The notes: generated from the letters alone by a model not told the origin. Positions 40,032-49,239 are shown, counted from the first letter of the stretch. The stretch is DNA of 64,000 nt from Acidobacteriota bacterium (GCA_965203535.1 OZ241897.1:2828714-2892713), one strand, 5' to 3'. A program made the numbers and translations.

Positions 40032-41325
40032 TCCGGAGCAGGCGCTGAACGGGGTTCGAATCGGCGTCGCCCGAATTTTGGGCAGAGCCCTGGAGGGCAG
40101 GGACCTGGCAGTTCCCGACATGGTCCGCCTGTTGGAGTGCCGGGGCCCCGAGTTTCTCGCCCTGCTGGAAGCCGCCGACTCCCTGAGGCGCCGTTCCGTC
40201 GGCGACCCGGTGACCTACGTGGTCAACCGGAATATCAATTTCACCAACGTCTGCACCAAGAAATGCAGCTTTTGCGCCTTCAGCCGAACCTACCGCAGCA
40301 ACGAAGGCTATTGGCTGCCCGTTTCCGAAATCGTCCGCCGGGCCCGGGAGGCGCGGCAATTCGGCGCAACGGAGGTCTGCATCCAGGCCGGGCTGCCGCC
40401 CACCATGCCGGGAGACCTCTATATTCGAATCTGCCAGGCCGTGACCGACGCCCTGCCGGGCCTGCACGTCCATGCCTTCTCGCCGGAGGAGATCTCATAC
40501 GGGTGCCGGCGTTCCGGAATGCGGGTTCGGGATTACCTGGCGGAACTCCTCGATGCGGGGATCGGCAGCCTGCCCGGCACGTCCGCCGAAATACTGGATG
40601 ATGATCTCCGCAACGTCATCTCGCCCGGCCGCATCAGCAGTGGTGAATGGACCCGGATCATCTCGACGGCCCACTCCCTCGGCATCCGGACCTCCTCCAC
40701 CATGATGTTCGGCCACCTCGAAACCCCGGTCCACGTCGCACGACACCTGGCGCACCTGAGAACCATCCAACGCCAGACCGGCGGTTTCACCGAGTTCGTA
40801 CCCTTGGGCTTCGTCCACACGGAGGCGCCCCTCTACCAGAGCAGACGGCTGCCGAAGCTCCGGCCCGGACCCACGGGTTGGGAGGTTCTGAAGGTCCACG
40901 CCGTCTCCCGTCTGGCGCTGGACAAGGACATTCCCAACCTCCAGGTCTCCTGGGTCAAGGAAGGGATGAAGCTGGCTCAACTCTGTTTGGCAGCCGGCGG
41001 CAACGACCTGGGGGGCACGCTGATCAACGAGAGCATTTCCACCGCCGCCGGGGCCGGCCACGGCCAACTCGTGACCCCGGAAGAGCTTCATCGCGTGATT
41101 CGCGACGCCGGCAGGGTCCCGGCGGAACGGGACACGCTCTACCGGACCCTGCGCACCTTCGGCGGCGACGACGATGACGGGGCTCACCCTCTGGACTCCC
41201 TGCGCACCGGCGACCGGAACCGCTTCGGCTCCTACGCCCAGTTGACCCGGTCGCGGAGGTTTCGCTTCAACCCCGGCGCAGCACCGGTCTCGGGGATGCG
41301 GGAAACTTCCGCCACGGACGGCTAG
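40021..41325 (+). CDS. cofH: FO synthase subunit CofH
   Basis: 434 aa. Radical-SAM CTKKCSFC motif. GTG start overlaps the cofG end by 11 nt. The TAG stop lies in the CTAG at 41322..41325. Confidence 0.85.
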   Translation: MPTDPEQALNGVRIGVARILGRALEGRDLAVPDMVRLLECRGPEFLALLEAADSLRRRSVGDPVTYVVNRNINFTNVCTKKCSFCAFSRTYRSNEGYWLPVSEIVRRAREARQFGATEVCIQAGLPPTMPGDLYIRICQAVTDALPGLHVHAFSPEEISYGCRRSGMRVRDYLAELLDAGIGSLPGTSAEILDDDLRNVISPGRISSGEWTRIISTAHSLGIRTSSTMMFGHLETPVHVARHLAHLRTIQRQTGGFTEFVPLGFVHTEAPLYQSRRLPKLRPGPTGWEVLKVHAVSRLALDKDIPNLQVSWVKEGMKLAQLCLAAGGNDLGGTLINESISTAAGAGHGQLVTPEELHRVIRDAGRVPAERDTLYRTLRTFGGDDDDGAHPLDSLRTGDRNRFGSYAQLTRSRRFRFNPGAAPVSGMRETSATDG

Positions 41326-41521
41326 TGTGCTGTCCCTCAAAAAGACGTAGGGGCGACCCTTGTGGTCGCCCGCCCGGCAACGGCGGCCGAGTCGTCCCGG
41401 GGGGAGCTTTGTACTGGTGGCGTGACTTGGACCGAAGAGGGCACCCACAAGGGGTGCCCCTACGGGGATTCGAAATCGAGGCTCGATCCGTAACGAACAC
41501 ATGTATTTGCGGGACGGCACA
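41326..41521. mobile_element. Non-autonomous MITE-like element flanked by CTAG direct repeats
   Basis: 11-bp TIRs TGTGCTGTCCC / GGGACGGCACA (10/11 complementary). CTAG at 41322..41325 and 41522..41525. Two internal 8-bp-stem hairpins. No credible ORF. Confidence 0.6.
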
Positions 41522-42277
41522 CTAGCGAAACAGGTCCCGATCCGCAGGCCGGACCAGGTTCGATGCATCGCCCGGCCCTTCTTCCAGGCGCACTCCCCGG
41601 ACCAGGGCCGCCGGCGCCCGCCGGCGCTTTCCCATCACCAGCTCCGCGGCGGAGGCGATTTCGTCGGCACGGGCGATGCAGGTGGACTCCAGCGTTCGGC
41701 CGAACCCGTCTTTTCTGCCCCGGTAGTCCGACAACGGCATTCCGCCGGCCACGCCGATGGCCACGTTCACCTGCCCCTCGCGCCAGGGACGGCCGAACGT
41801 GTCGGCAATGATCACCACCAGGTCCCACCCCGTCGCCTCTTTCAGGCCCTCCCTGATGTCGGCGGCAGAGCGGTCCGGATCCTCCGGAAGCAGGGTGGCC
41901 ATTCCCTCCGGACTGTTGGAGAGATCCACCCCGGCATTGGCGCACACGAACCCGTGCCTGGTTTCAGCCAGCAGCACCCCGCGATCCATCTTCACGATCC
42001 TTCGGCTCTCGGACAGGGCCAATTCGACCACCCTGGGGTCCCGGCCCCATTCCCGCGCCCAGGAATCGGCCAACGGAGACGGGGTGACCGCCGCCAGGGG
42101 AACGATTCGCCCCTCCGCCTTGGAAACGATCTTGTGAGCCAGCACCAGAATGTCTCCTGAGCGGGCCTGCAAGGGGAGCTTCGTCAGCGCCTCTGCCAGG
42201 AGCGGGACCAGGGCGTCCCCCGGCTTCACTTCGGGGAGTCCCGGCAGGGCCAGGATGCGCACGCCGGCGTCATTCAT
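41522..42277 (-). CDS. cofE: F420-0:gamma-glutamyl ligase CofE (stand-alone, 251 aa)
   Basis: Internal Met MNDAGVRILALPGLPEVKPGD...SKAEGR...CANAGVD...ADTFGRPWREGQ...DLFR. No C-terminal FMN/nitroreductase domain. Confidence 0.85.
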   Translation of the reverse strand: MNDAGVRILALPGLPEVKPGDALVPLLAEALTKLPLQARSGDILVLAHKIVSKAEGRIVPLAAVTPSPLADSWAREWGRDPRVVELALSESRRIVKMDRGVLLAETRHGFVCANAGVDLSNSPEGMATLLPEDPDRSAADIREGLKEATGWDLVVIIADTFGRPWREGQVNVAIGVAGGMPLSDYRGRKDGFGRTLESTCIARADEIASAAELVMGKRRRAPAALVRGVRLEEGPGDASNLVRPADRDLFR

Positions 42278-42944
42278 CAAGGTTCCACCCCTGCTCGGCC
42301 AGGCGAGCGACGAGGCCATTGTCGGAGAGATAACTTCTGGTCGCCGCCCCTCCCTTCCGGCGCCAGAACCGCAACAGGTCTTCCGGACCGTCCAGGTCGA
42401 GGCCGAACCGCGGGTTCGAGAGCACGGTGGCGGGAACCCGGGCGCGGCGCGCCTCCGCCAGATGCCGGCGCAGGCTGTCACGGCCGAAGCGGGACGGAAA
42501 GGCATCCGGCGGCATTCTCAACAGGGCATTGGTGCCCCGGCCGTCCCGCGAGGGCACCAGGAGCGCCGCCGGAGCGGCCAGCGGGCGGCCCAGCAAAGCG
42601 TCCACATCCCGCCCCTCGATGAGAGGGACGTCAAGCGGCACCCGCAGAACGCACGTTGCTCCCTGTTGGCGAAGCGCGGCTGCGCTCTCGTCCACGGAGC
42701 GGCTCTCGGAGGTTTGGGACCGCTCCCGGATGAACTCCCACCGCCGCCGGGCGGCATAGGCCGCAAGCTCAGGGTCCCGGCCGGCGACCACCACTTTGCC
42801 CGGCATTTTCGCGCACGCCAGAGCCCTGCCCACATCCTCCAACATGGCCCGGACCAGCCCGATCCTTTCCCGGCGGGACAGCCAGGGAGCCATTCTCCGT
42901 TTGGCTTGGGCCAGTTCCTTGACCGGCAACAGAACGACGTTCAC
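42270..42944 (-). CDS. cofC: 2-phospho-L-lactate (or PEP/3-PG) guanylyltransferase CofC/FbiD
   Basis: GTG at 42944 overlaps the cofD stop (GTGA). Product VNVVLLPVKELAQAKRRM... (224 aa), typical CofC N-terminus. The rest of ORF 42270..43643 overlaps cofD. Confidence 0.7.
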   Translation of the reverse strand: MNVVLLPVKELAQAKRRMAPWLSRRERIGLVRAMLEDVGRALACAKMPGKVVVAGRDPELAAYAARRRWEFIRERSQTSESRSVDESAAALRQQGATCVLRVPLDVPLIEGRDVDALLGRPLAAPAALLVPSRDGRGTNALLRMPPDAFPSRFGRDSLRRHLAEARRARVPATVLSNPRFGLDLDGPEDLLRFWRRKGGAATRSYLSDNGLVARLAEQGWNLDE

Positions 42945-43921
42945 ACCAATCGCAACAGGGCGCGCGCCAGAGCCCGTTTCGCGCCGGAGGTGTCCATGAC
43001 GGTATTTCGGACCACGACCCGCATGCCCAGACGTTCGATGGCCGGTGCGCTTCCGGCATCGCGTTCGTCCAACACGAAAACATCCAGGAGACCCCGGTAG
43101 ATCCTGGCAACCCCTTCGGCCGAGACCGGATGCCCCAGTTCTTCCAGCATTTTCGCCGCCGGTCCCTTGAGGGCGCGCCCGCCGACAATGGGACTGACCG
43201 CCGCCACCAAGGCGCGACTCGCGCCCACCGCCCGCCGGATTCCGGGGACCGCCAGGATGGGCCCCACGCTGATGAAAGGGTTGCTGGGACAGATGACCAC
43301 GATCCGGGCGTCTCGAATGGCCTCTTCGACCCCCGGTCCGGCGCGCTGACGACTCAAACCTGTGTATTCGAAGCCCTGGACCCGAGGCGCGCACTTCTCC
43401 CGGACCAGGTACTCCTGAAGATGAAGGCGCCCGGCATCGGTCTTCACCAGAGTCGGCGTGTAGCCTTCCGCCATGGGCAGGACCGAAACCTCCACCCCCA
43501 GGGCCTCGCAGAGGTGTGCGGTCACGGCCGCCAGACCCCACCCCTGGTTCAAAAGCGACGTCCGCCGGAGATGGGTCGCCAGATCCTGGTCTCCCAACCC
43601 GAACCAGGTGTCCGCCCCCAAGCGGCCAAGGGCCTTCAAGCAACGGAACGTGTCCCCCTCGATGCCCCAGCCCCAGGCCCGGTTGGACAGGCCCGCCAGG
43701 GTATAGGTGATGGTGTCGAGATCCGGGCAGATCCGGAGCCCGAAGGCTTCCAGGTCATCCCCGGTATTCACGACGACGGACAGGCGGCTTCCGAGACCTT
43801 CCCGCGCCAGGCCCCAGACCAATTTTGCGGCACCCACCCCTCCGGCCAAGGCCACCACGGGAGCCGCGTCCGGCCTGGAGAATTCATCGCCGGTCTCGAC
43901 ACGAGCAGGAGCTGCCGCCAC
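42941..43921 (-). CDS. cofD: 2-phospho-L-lactate transferase CofD/FbiA
   Basis: 326 aa. ALAGGVGAAKL...VVVNTGDD...ICPDLDTITYTLAG motifs. Confidence 0.85.
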   Translation of the reverse strand: MAAAPARVETGDEFSRPDAAPVVALAGGVGAAKLVWGLAREGLGSRLSVVVNTGDDLEAFGLRICPDLDTITYTLAGLSNRAWGWGIEGDTFRCLKALGRLGADTWFGLGDQDLATHLRRTSLLNQGWGLAAVTAHLCEALGVEVSVLPMAEGYTPTLVKTDAGRLHLQEYLVREKCAPRVQGFEYTGLSRQRAGPGVEEAIRDARIVVICPSNPFISVGPILAVPGIRRAVGASRALVAAVSPIVGGRALKGPAAKMLEELGHPVSAEGVARIYRGLLDVFVLDERDAGSAPAIERLGMRVVVRNTVMDTSGAKRALARALLRLV

Positions 43922-43927
43922 GGATCT

Positions 43928-44587
43928 TCAAAGCCCCACGACACGGAAACGCGACTCGTGAACCCGGTATCGGCGATTGATGCCGATCAGAAGGGCGCTC
44001 ATTCTCTCCAGGGTCCGGGCCGTGTCGAGCCGGCCGGCGTCCACCGTCCGGACACCTGGCCACCGGCTCAGCACCTGCGCCACCTCACGCTTCCGGCGCC
44101 CGGAATTTCCACACACGAAGACATCGCAATCGAGAGGAGCCGCGACCTCTTCCAGAAGGCGGGCCGGAACCGTCTTCAGGGCCGCCACCAGGGCGCCCGG
44201 ATCAGGAAGAAGCGCAGCCAGTTGCTCGCTGCCGGAGGCGGCCTCCAGCGGGGTCATCCGTATCCGGCCGGCGTCGAACGACACCGGCACCGTGACATCG
44301 ACCCAGGTGGTTTCAGGCGCGGCGCGCGGCGCACACCGGGACACGAGATCGGCAGCTGCGGAAAAAGGCGCCGCCAGGAAGAGAACTTTCGACTGCGCCG
44401 CGACCTCCCGGTTCAGCGATCCCCGGATATGGGCCCCGCCCCCCAGAAGACGATTCAACTCCGACGCCGTCCCGGCCGCCCGGCTCCGGCTCCGGGATCC
44501 TACCATGACCTCGCAGCCCGCTTTGGCCAGACGCAGTGCAATGCCTCGGCCTTCCTGTCCGGTGCCGGCGAGCACGCCCAGTGTCAC
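43928..44587 (-). CDS. fno: NADPH-dependent F420 reductase (Fno/NpdG family)
   Basis: 219 aa. N-terminal Rossmann LGVLAGTGQEGRGIALRLAKAG. First gene of the fno-cofD-cofC-cofE string. GTG start. Confidence 0.75.
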   Translation of the reverse strand: MTLGVLAGTGQEGRGIALRLAKAGCEVMVGSRSRSRAAGTASELNRLLGGGAHIRGSLNREVAAQSKVLFLAAPFSAAADLVSRCAPRAAPETTWVDVTVPVSFDAGRIRMTPLEAASGSEQLAALLPDPGALVAALKTVPARLLEEVAAPLDCDVFVCGNSGRRKREVAQVLSRWPGVRTVDAGRLDTARTLERMSALLIGINRRYRVHESRFRVVGL

Positions 44588-44862
44588 AACCCACCCTCAT
44601 TCTTGCCTGCCTGGCGGGACCCCGACCCGGGATCCACCCTTGCAGGAAGCCGCATTACAGCAAAGCGCGACCACCCCCACAAGTCTCGCGTTCAGTGGAT
44701 TTTGTCCGTCCGGCGCCCCTGTCGTCACCGATCCGGAAGGCTTGCGGGGGAGAGAGCGTCCGCGTAATCTCTCCACTGCGTTGATGAGTTGATGGAGGCG
44801 CCGCCAGCAACATTTTCAGGGCGGTGCAACGGTTCGAGCCCGGATGTTCCCGGTAGCGCTCA

Positions 44863-47800
44863 ATGAACTCGGTAGCTGAATATCTCAAGGGCAAGACACT
44901 GTTCATCACCGGAGCCACCGGTTTCCTGGGACAGTGCCTGGTCGAGAAAATCCTCTGGGCGGTGCCCGACGTCAAGCGCGTCTATGTCCTGATCCGCCCG
45001 CGAACGAACCTGCGCGGCGCGGTCGTGACCGCCCGGATGAGACTGGAAAGGGAGCTCTACCAAGCCAGTTGTTTCGACCGTCTCCGAAGCAAGCTCGGCA
45101 GCGATTTTGCGGCCTTCCTGAAAGAAAAACTGGTCCCGGTCTCGGGCGATCTGTCCAGGGACGACCTGAACATCGACGAGCAGACGCGGCTTCGCCTTCA
45201 GGGCGAAACCGACATCGTCATCAACAGTGCCGCCGTCGTCTCCTTCGACGCCCCGCTGGACGAAGCCTACCACCTGAATGTGCTGGGCGCCGAGCGGGTC
45301 GCCCGGTTTGCCCAGTCCTGTGACGGCTGCGTCCTGGTGCATGTTTCCACGGCCTATGTGTGCGGCGCCGTCGTCGGCTCGGTCCCGGAAACGATTCCGG
45401 AGGCTCCGGTGCGGACCGGCGAGGCATTTCCCGTGCGCGCCTTCAGCGACGTGGACCTGGACATCGAGCACATCGAGAAGATCCTAGACTCGGTCCGAGA
45501 GCGCGCCTATGCGCCCGAACTCGAGCGGGAATTCGCGGCAGCGCTGCTGCGGCGATTCAGGCGCTCGAAGGGGGGGCGCAATGTTCGGCGGCGGGAGAAG
45601 ATCGAGAACCTCCGCAAGAAATGGATCCAGAACCAGCTCTCCCAGGAGGGGATGAGCTGGGCTCGCGAGCGGGGCTGGAACGACACCTACACCTACACCA
45701 AGTCCATCGGCGAACGGATCGTCTTGCGGACCCGGAACGGGGCTCCGACCATCATCATTCGCCCCGCCGTCATCGAAAGCGGCTTTTCCGAGCCCAGCCC
45801 CGGATGGCTCGAGGGGCTTCGCATGGCCGATCCACTCATCGCCGCCATCGGCAAGGGCCGTCTCCGGGCCCTGCCCCTGAGCCCCAAGGTCATCATCGAC
45901 CTGGTGCCCGTGGACATGGTGGTGAACGCGTTGTTGGCGTCGCTTCCCGCCACCTCGAACGCAACGGGCGTCCGGATCTACCAGGTGGCCACCGGGTCCT
46001 GCAATCCCATCACGTTGGGCTATCTCTACGATCTCATCTACCGCTATTTCAAAAGAAACCCCATGTTCGACAGGTCGGGGCGGCCCATCAACATCCGCTA
46101 CCTCCGCTTCCCGAAGCCGGCCAGTTTCCGCTTGCAACATCGACTCAAGGCGCTGCCCTTGAACCTGGCGGCCGGCGCCTTGGACAAGCTTTCCGTACTC
46201 GACTCACTCAACGGCGTCCAGCGCTACAAGCGGCGCCTTTCGGCGCTGACGGTCGCGCACGAAAAACTCCATTACTACGGAGAAATCTACGAGCCGTATC
46301 TGAATCTGAATTGCCGCTTCGGAATCGAGAACACGATGGGCCTCCTGGACAACATGTCCCCGGAGGAGCGGGAAGTCTTCAACTTCGACGTGACGCGCCT
46401 GAATTGGCGCCACTACATTCAGAACATCCACATCCCGGGGGTCAAGAAGTTCATCCTGAAGATGGAGGGAGCCGGGACACTGGAGCTGGACGTCCAGCCG
46501 GCCGGCGAAGGCGGATCCGTCTCGACCATCAACGACCTCCTCGCTTACAGCGTATCCCGTTACTCCGCCAAGACCGCGCTCCAAATGCAGCGCAACGGCG
46601 AGTGGATCCGCTATTCGTACTCGGATCTTCAGCGCCGGGCCGGGGCCGTGGGCCGGCAACTCCGGATCGAGGGCCTGGCCAAAGGCGATCGAGTGGTCCT
46701 GTTTGCGGAGAACCAACCGGACTGGGGCGTCGCGTACCTCGGCGCGGCCTCTCAGGGACTCGTCGTCGTTCCCCTCGATTCCCAGTCGTGGCACCGTGAG
46801 GTCTGGTCCGTCGCCCGCTTCACCGGGGCCCGGGCCATCCTGGCTTCGTCACGCACCATCGAGCGGTTGCCGCCTGAAAGCATGGCGCGGAATGAAGCCG
46901 GAGAGGTCCCGGTCCGGCTCCTGAACATCAACGAGCTGGCCCAACCGTTCGGCCTGCCGCAATGCCCGCGCAGCACCGGCGCCGTGGATCCCGCTTCGCC
47001 GCCGGCCGCCGCCGGCCCGGTGACGGTCGACGCCCAGGACCCGGCCTCCATCATCTTCACCACGACCACCGCAGCCGACCCCAAGGGCGCCGTCCACACC
47101 CATTCCAGCTTTCTCAGCAATCTCCACGGCATGAACCGTTACCTGGCGGCGGAGGAGACGGATCAGATCCTTTCGGTGCTCCCTCTCTACCATGCCCTGG
47201 AGTTCACGTGCGGCTTTCTGTCCCCCCTGTTTGGCGGTGCTACCGTCACCTACCTTCACTCCCTGAAGCCGAGAGTCATCCTGAAGACCATGCGGGAGAC
47301 GGGCACCACCTGCATGTTGGGCGTCCCCAGCCTCTATGCGCTGATCCGGGACGACATCAACCGGCGCACACTGCGCGCCTCCAAGTCATCTCTGAAGTCC
47401 AACCTGGTGGCCAGGTCACGCCAACTCAGCAAGTCCATCGACAAGACCTTCGGTAAGAACCTGGGACGGCAGCTCTTCGCTCGGGTACACCAGGAATTCG
47501 GGGGCAGGATCCGGGCTTTCGTCAGTGGCGGTTCTTCTCTCGGAGATGAACTCTACGACGATTTCAAGGCCCTGGGCCTGACGATCTACGAAGGCTACGG
47601 GCTCACCGAGACCGCGCCGGTCCTCACGGTCAACCCGCTGAACAGGAGCCGCCGGGGATCGGCCGGCAAGCCGTTGCCCGGGACCGAGCTGCGGATCTTT
47701 CAAGCCGATGACCGGGGCGAAGGCGAGATCATCGTCCGTACGCCCAGCCTCATGAAGGGTTACTACAAGAACCCGGAAGCCACCCGCGCCGTGATGCGCG

Positions 47801-49239
47801 AGGGCTGGTTTCACACCGGGGATCTGGGGTGGGTGGACGAGGACGGATACCTCTACATCACGGGGCGCAAGAAAAACGTCATCGTCACCGGGGCCGGCAA
47901 GAACGTCTATCCCGTGGACCTGGAGGCCATCTACCGCAATGTTCCGGCTGTCGACGACATCTGCGTGGTGGGCACTCCCAAGGGACTGACCGAAGACGTC
48001 CATGCGGTCATCGTGCCCAAGAAGGAGACGTTGCGGGATGTGGCGGCGCCGGAATGGCCACGGGCCATGAAGCGGGCGACTCGCGCACTCGCCCGCCAGC
48101 TACCCGGATACCAGCGGCTGCAGCACATTCATCTTTCGGAGACGCCCCTGCCGAGGCACGGTGACGGGTCGCTCGCCCGCGACGTGATCCTGCAAAACGT
48201 GCGCCGGAGCGTCGCCCGCGCTCGAGCCCGCGGCGGCCCGGGGGCGCGGCCCCGCGGCAGCGACGTCGCCATGGAGCTGACTCGGGAGTTGAGCCGAATC
48301 TCGGGGATTCCCTCGGCGGAAATCACGCCCGACTCCCATCTGTTCACCGACGTGGGCCTGGATTCCCTCGCCGCCATGGAGCTGCTGATTCAACTGGAGC
48401 ATCGATTCGGCATTTCTCTTTCGGAAGAGCGCGTCGCCTCCCTGGTGAGCTTTGGAGATCTGGTCGCCGCGGTGAAGGAGAGCCGGGCCGCAACCGAAGC
48501 CGGCACAACCGGCACGGCCGCCGTCCGGTCCGCCCTGCCGTGGTCCCAGCGGCCGCCCATCGACCGCGCCCTGCTCGGGCTCTCCTTTTCCGCCCTGCGG
48601 CTCCTGTACGCAAGCTACTTCCGGTTGCGGCTGCGATTTCCGGAACACCTTCCCCGGGACGAGGCCTACGTCATCGCCGCCAACCATTCCAGCCATCTCG
48701 ACAGCGGCGCCATCATCGCCGCCCTGGCCGGGGCCCTGGGATCCAACCAGGCAAAAAAGCTCCATCTTCTCGGCGCCCGCGACTACTTCTTCAACAACCC
48801 CGTTCGCGCCTGGTTTTTCAGCACCTTTCTCAACGTGGTGCCCATCGAACGGGAAGAAACCTCGTTGGCGGGACTCCGGATCATCCAAACGATCCTGCAG
48901 GAAGGCGAACCCATTCTCATCTTTCCGGAGGGCACGCGATCGCGGACCGGCGAACTTCGATCCTTCAAACCGGGCCTCGGTCTCATCGCCCGGGAACTCA
49001 GGGTGCCCATCGTCCCGACCCATATCGACGGCGCCTACCGGGCGCTGCCGGCGGGACGCAACCTTCCCCGTCCCGGAAGGCTGGAAGTGACTTTCGGCAA
49101 ACCGATCAGGACCGAGCGGTATTTCTCGGACGGCGCCGAGGAGTCCCGCGTCCACCTTTACCGAAAGATCGCCGACGACGTCCGAGAGCATGTCGTGCGC
49201 TTGGGGAGCCGGGACGGGGGCGGCGACGAACCGGTTTGA
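44863..49239 (+). CDS. Four-domain lipid-metabolism enzyme: fatty acyl reductase + AMP-dependent ligase + acyl carrier domain + 1-acylglycerol-3-phosphate acyltransferase-like (ElbD-like)
   Basis: 1458 aa. ITGATGFLG and YTYTK (Tyr codon 45688); IIFTTTTAADPKG (47050..47088), YGLTETAP, FHTGDLG, GRKKNVIVTGAGKNVYP; GLDSL carrier serine (48364..48366); NHSSHLD (48682..48702) and FPEGTRS. Confidence 0.85.
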   Translation: MNSVAEYLKGKTLFITGATGFLGQCLVEKILWAVPDVKRVYVLIRPRTNLRGAVVTARMRLERELYQASCFDRLRSKLGSDFAAFLKEKLVPVSGDLSRDDLNIDEQTRLRLQGETDIVINSAAVVSFDAPLDEAYHLNVLGAERVARFAQSCDGCVLVHVSTAYVCGAVVGSVPETIPEAPVRTGEAFPVRAFSDVDLDIEHIEKILDSVRERAYAPELEREFAAALLRRFRRSKGGRNVRRREKIENLRKKWIQNQLSQEGMSWARERGWNDTYTYTKSIGERIVLRTRNGAPTIIIRPAVIESGFSEPSPGWLEGLRMADPLIAAIGKGRLRALPLSPKVIIDLVPVDMVVNALLASLPATSNATGVRIYQVATGSCNPITLGYLYDLIYRYFKRNPMFDRSGRPINIRYLRFPKPASFRLQHRLKALPLNLAAGALDKLSVLDSLNGVQRYKRRLSALTVAHEKLHYYGEIYEPYLNLNCRFGIENTMGLLDNMSPEEREVFNFDVTRLNWRHYIQNIHIPGVKKFILKMEGAGTLELDVQPAGEGGSVSTINDLLAYSVSRYSAKTALQMQRNGEWIRYSYSDLQRRAGAVGRQLRIEGLAKGDRVVLFAENQPDWGVAYLGAASQGLVVVPLDSQSWHREVWSVARFTGARAILASSRTIERLPPESMARNEAGEVPVRLLNINELAQPFGLPQCPRSTGAVDPASPPAAAGPVTVDAQDPASIIFTTTTAADPKGAVHTHSSFLSNLHGMNRYLAAEETDQILSVLPLYHALEFTCGFLSPLFGGATVTYLHSLKPRVILKTMRETGTTCMLGVPSLYALIRDDINRRTLRASKSSLKSNLVARSRQLSKSIDKTFGKNLGRQLFARVHQEFGGRIRAFVSGGSSLGDELYDDFKALGLTIYEGYGLTETAPVLTVNPLNRSRRGSAGKPLPGTELRIFQADDRGEGEIIVRTPSLMKGYYKNPEATRAVMREGWFHTGDLGWVDEDGYLYITGRKKNVIVTGAGKNVYPVDLEAIYRNVPAVDDICVVGTPKGLTEDVHAVIVPKKETLRDVAAPEWPRAMKRATRALARQLPGYQRLQHIHLSETPLPRHGDGSLARDVILQNVRRSVARARARGGPGARPRGSDVAMELTRELSRISGIPSAEITPDSHLFTDVGLDSLAAMELLIQLEHRFGISLSEERVASLVSFGDLVAAVKESRAATEAGTTGTAAVRSALPWSQRPPIDRALLGLSFSALRLLYASYFRLRLRFPEHLPRDEAYVIAANHSSHLDSGAIIAALAGALGSNQAKKLHLLGARDYFFNNPVRAWFFSTFLNVVPIEREETSLAGLRIIQTILQEGEPILIFPEGTRSRTGELRSFKPGLGLIARELRVPIVPTHIDGAYRALPAGRNLPRPGRLEVTFGKPIRTERYFSDGAEESRVHLYRKIADDVREHVVRLGSRDGGGDEPV

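Noticed and set aside
42945-43643. Upstream 233 codons of ORF 42270..43643, which would give a 457-aa CofC.
   Set aside because: It overlaps cofD out of frame and has shadow composition. GTG 42944 gives a 224-aa CofC with the expected N-terminus.
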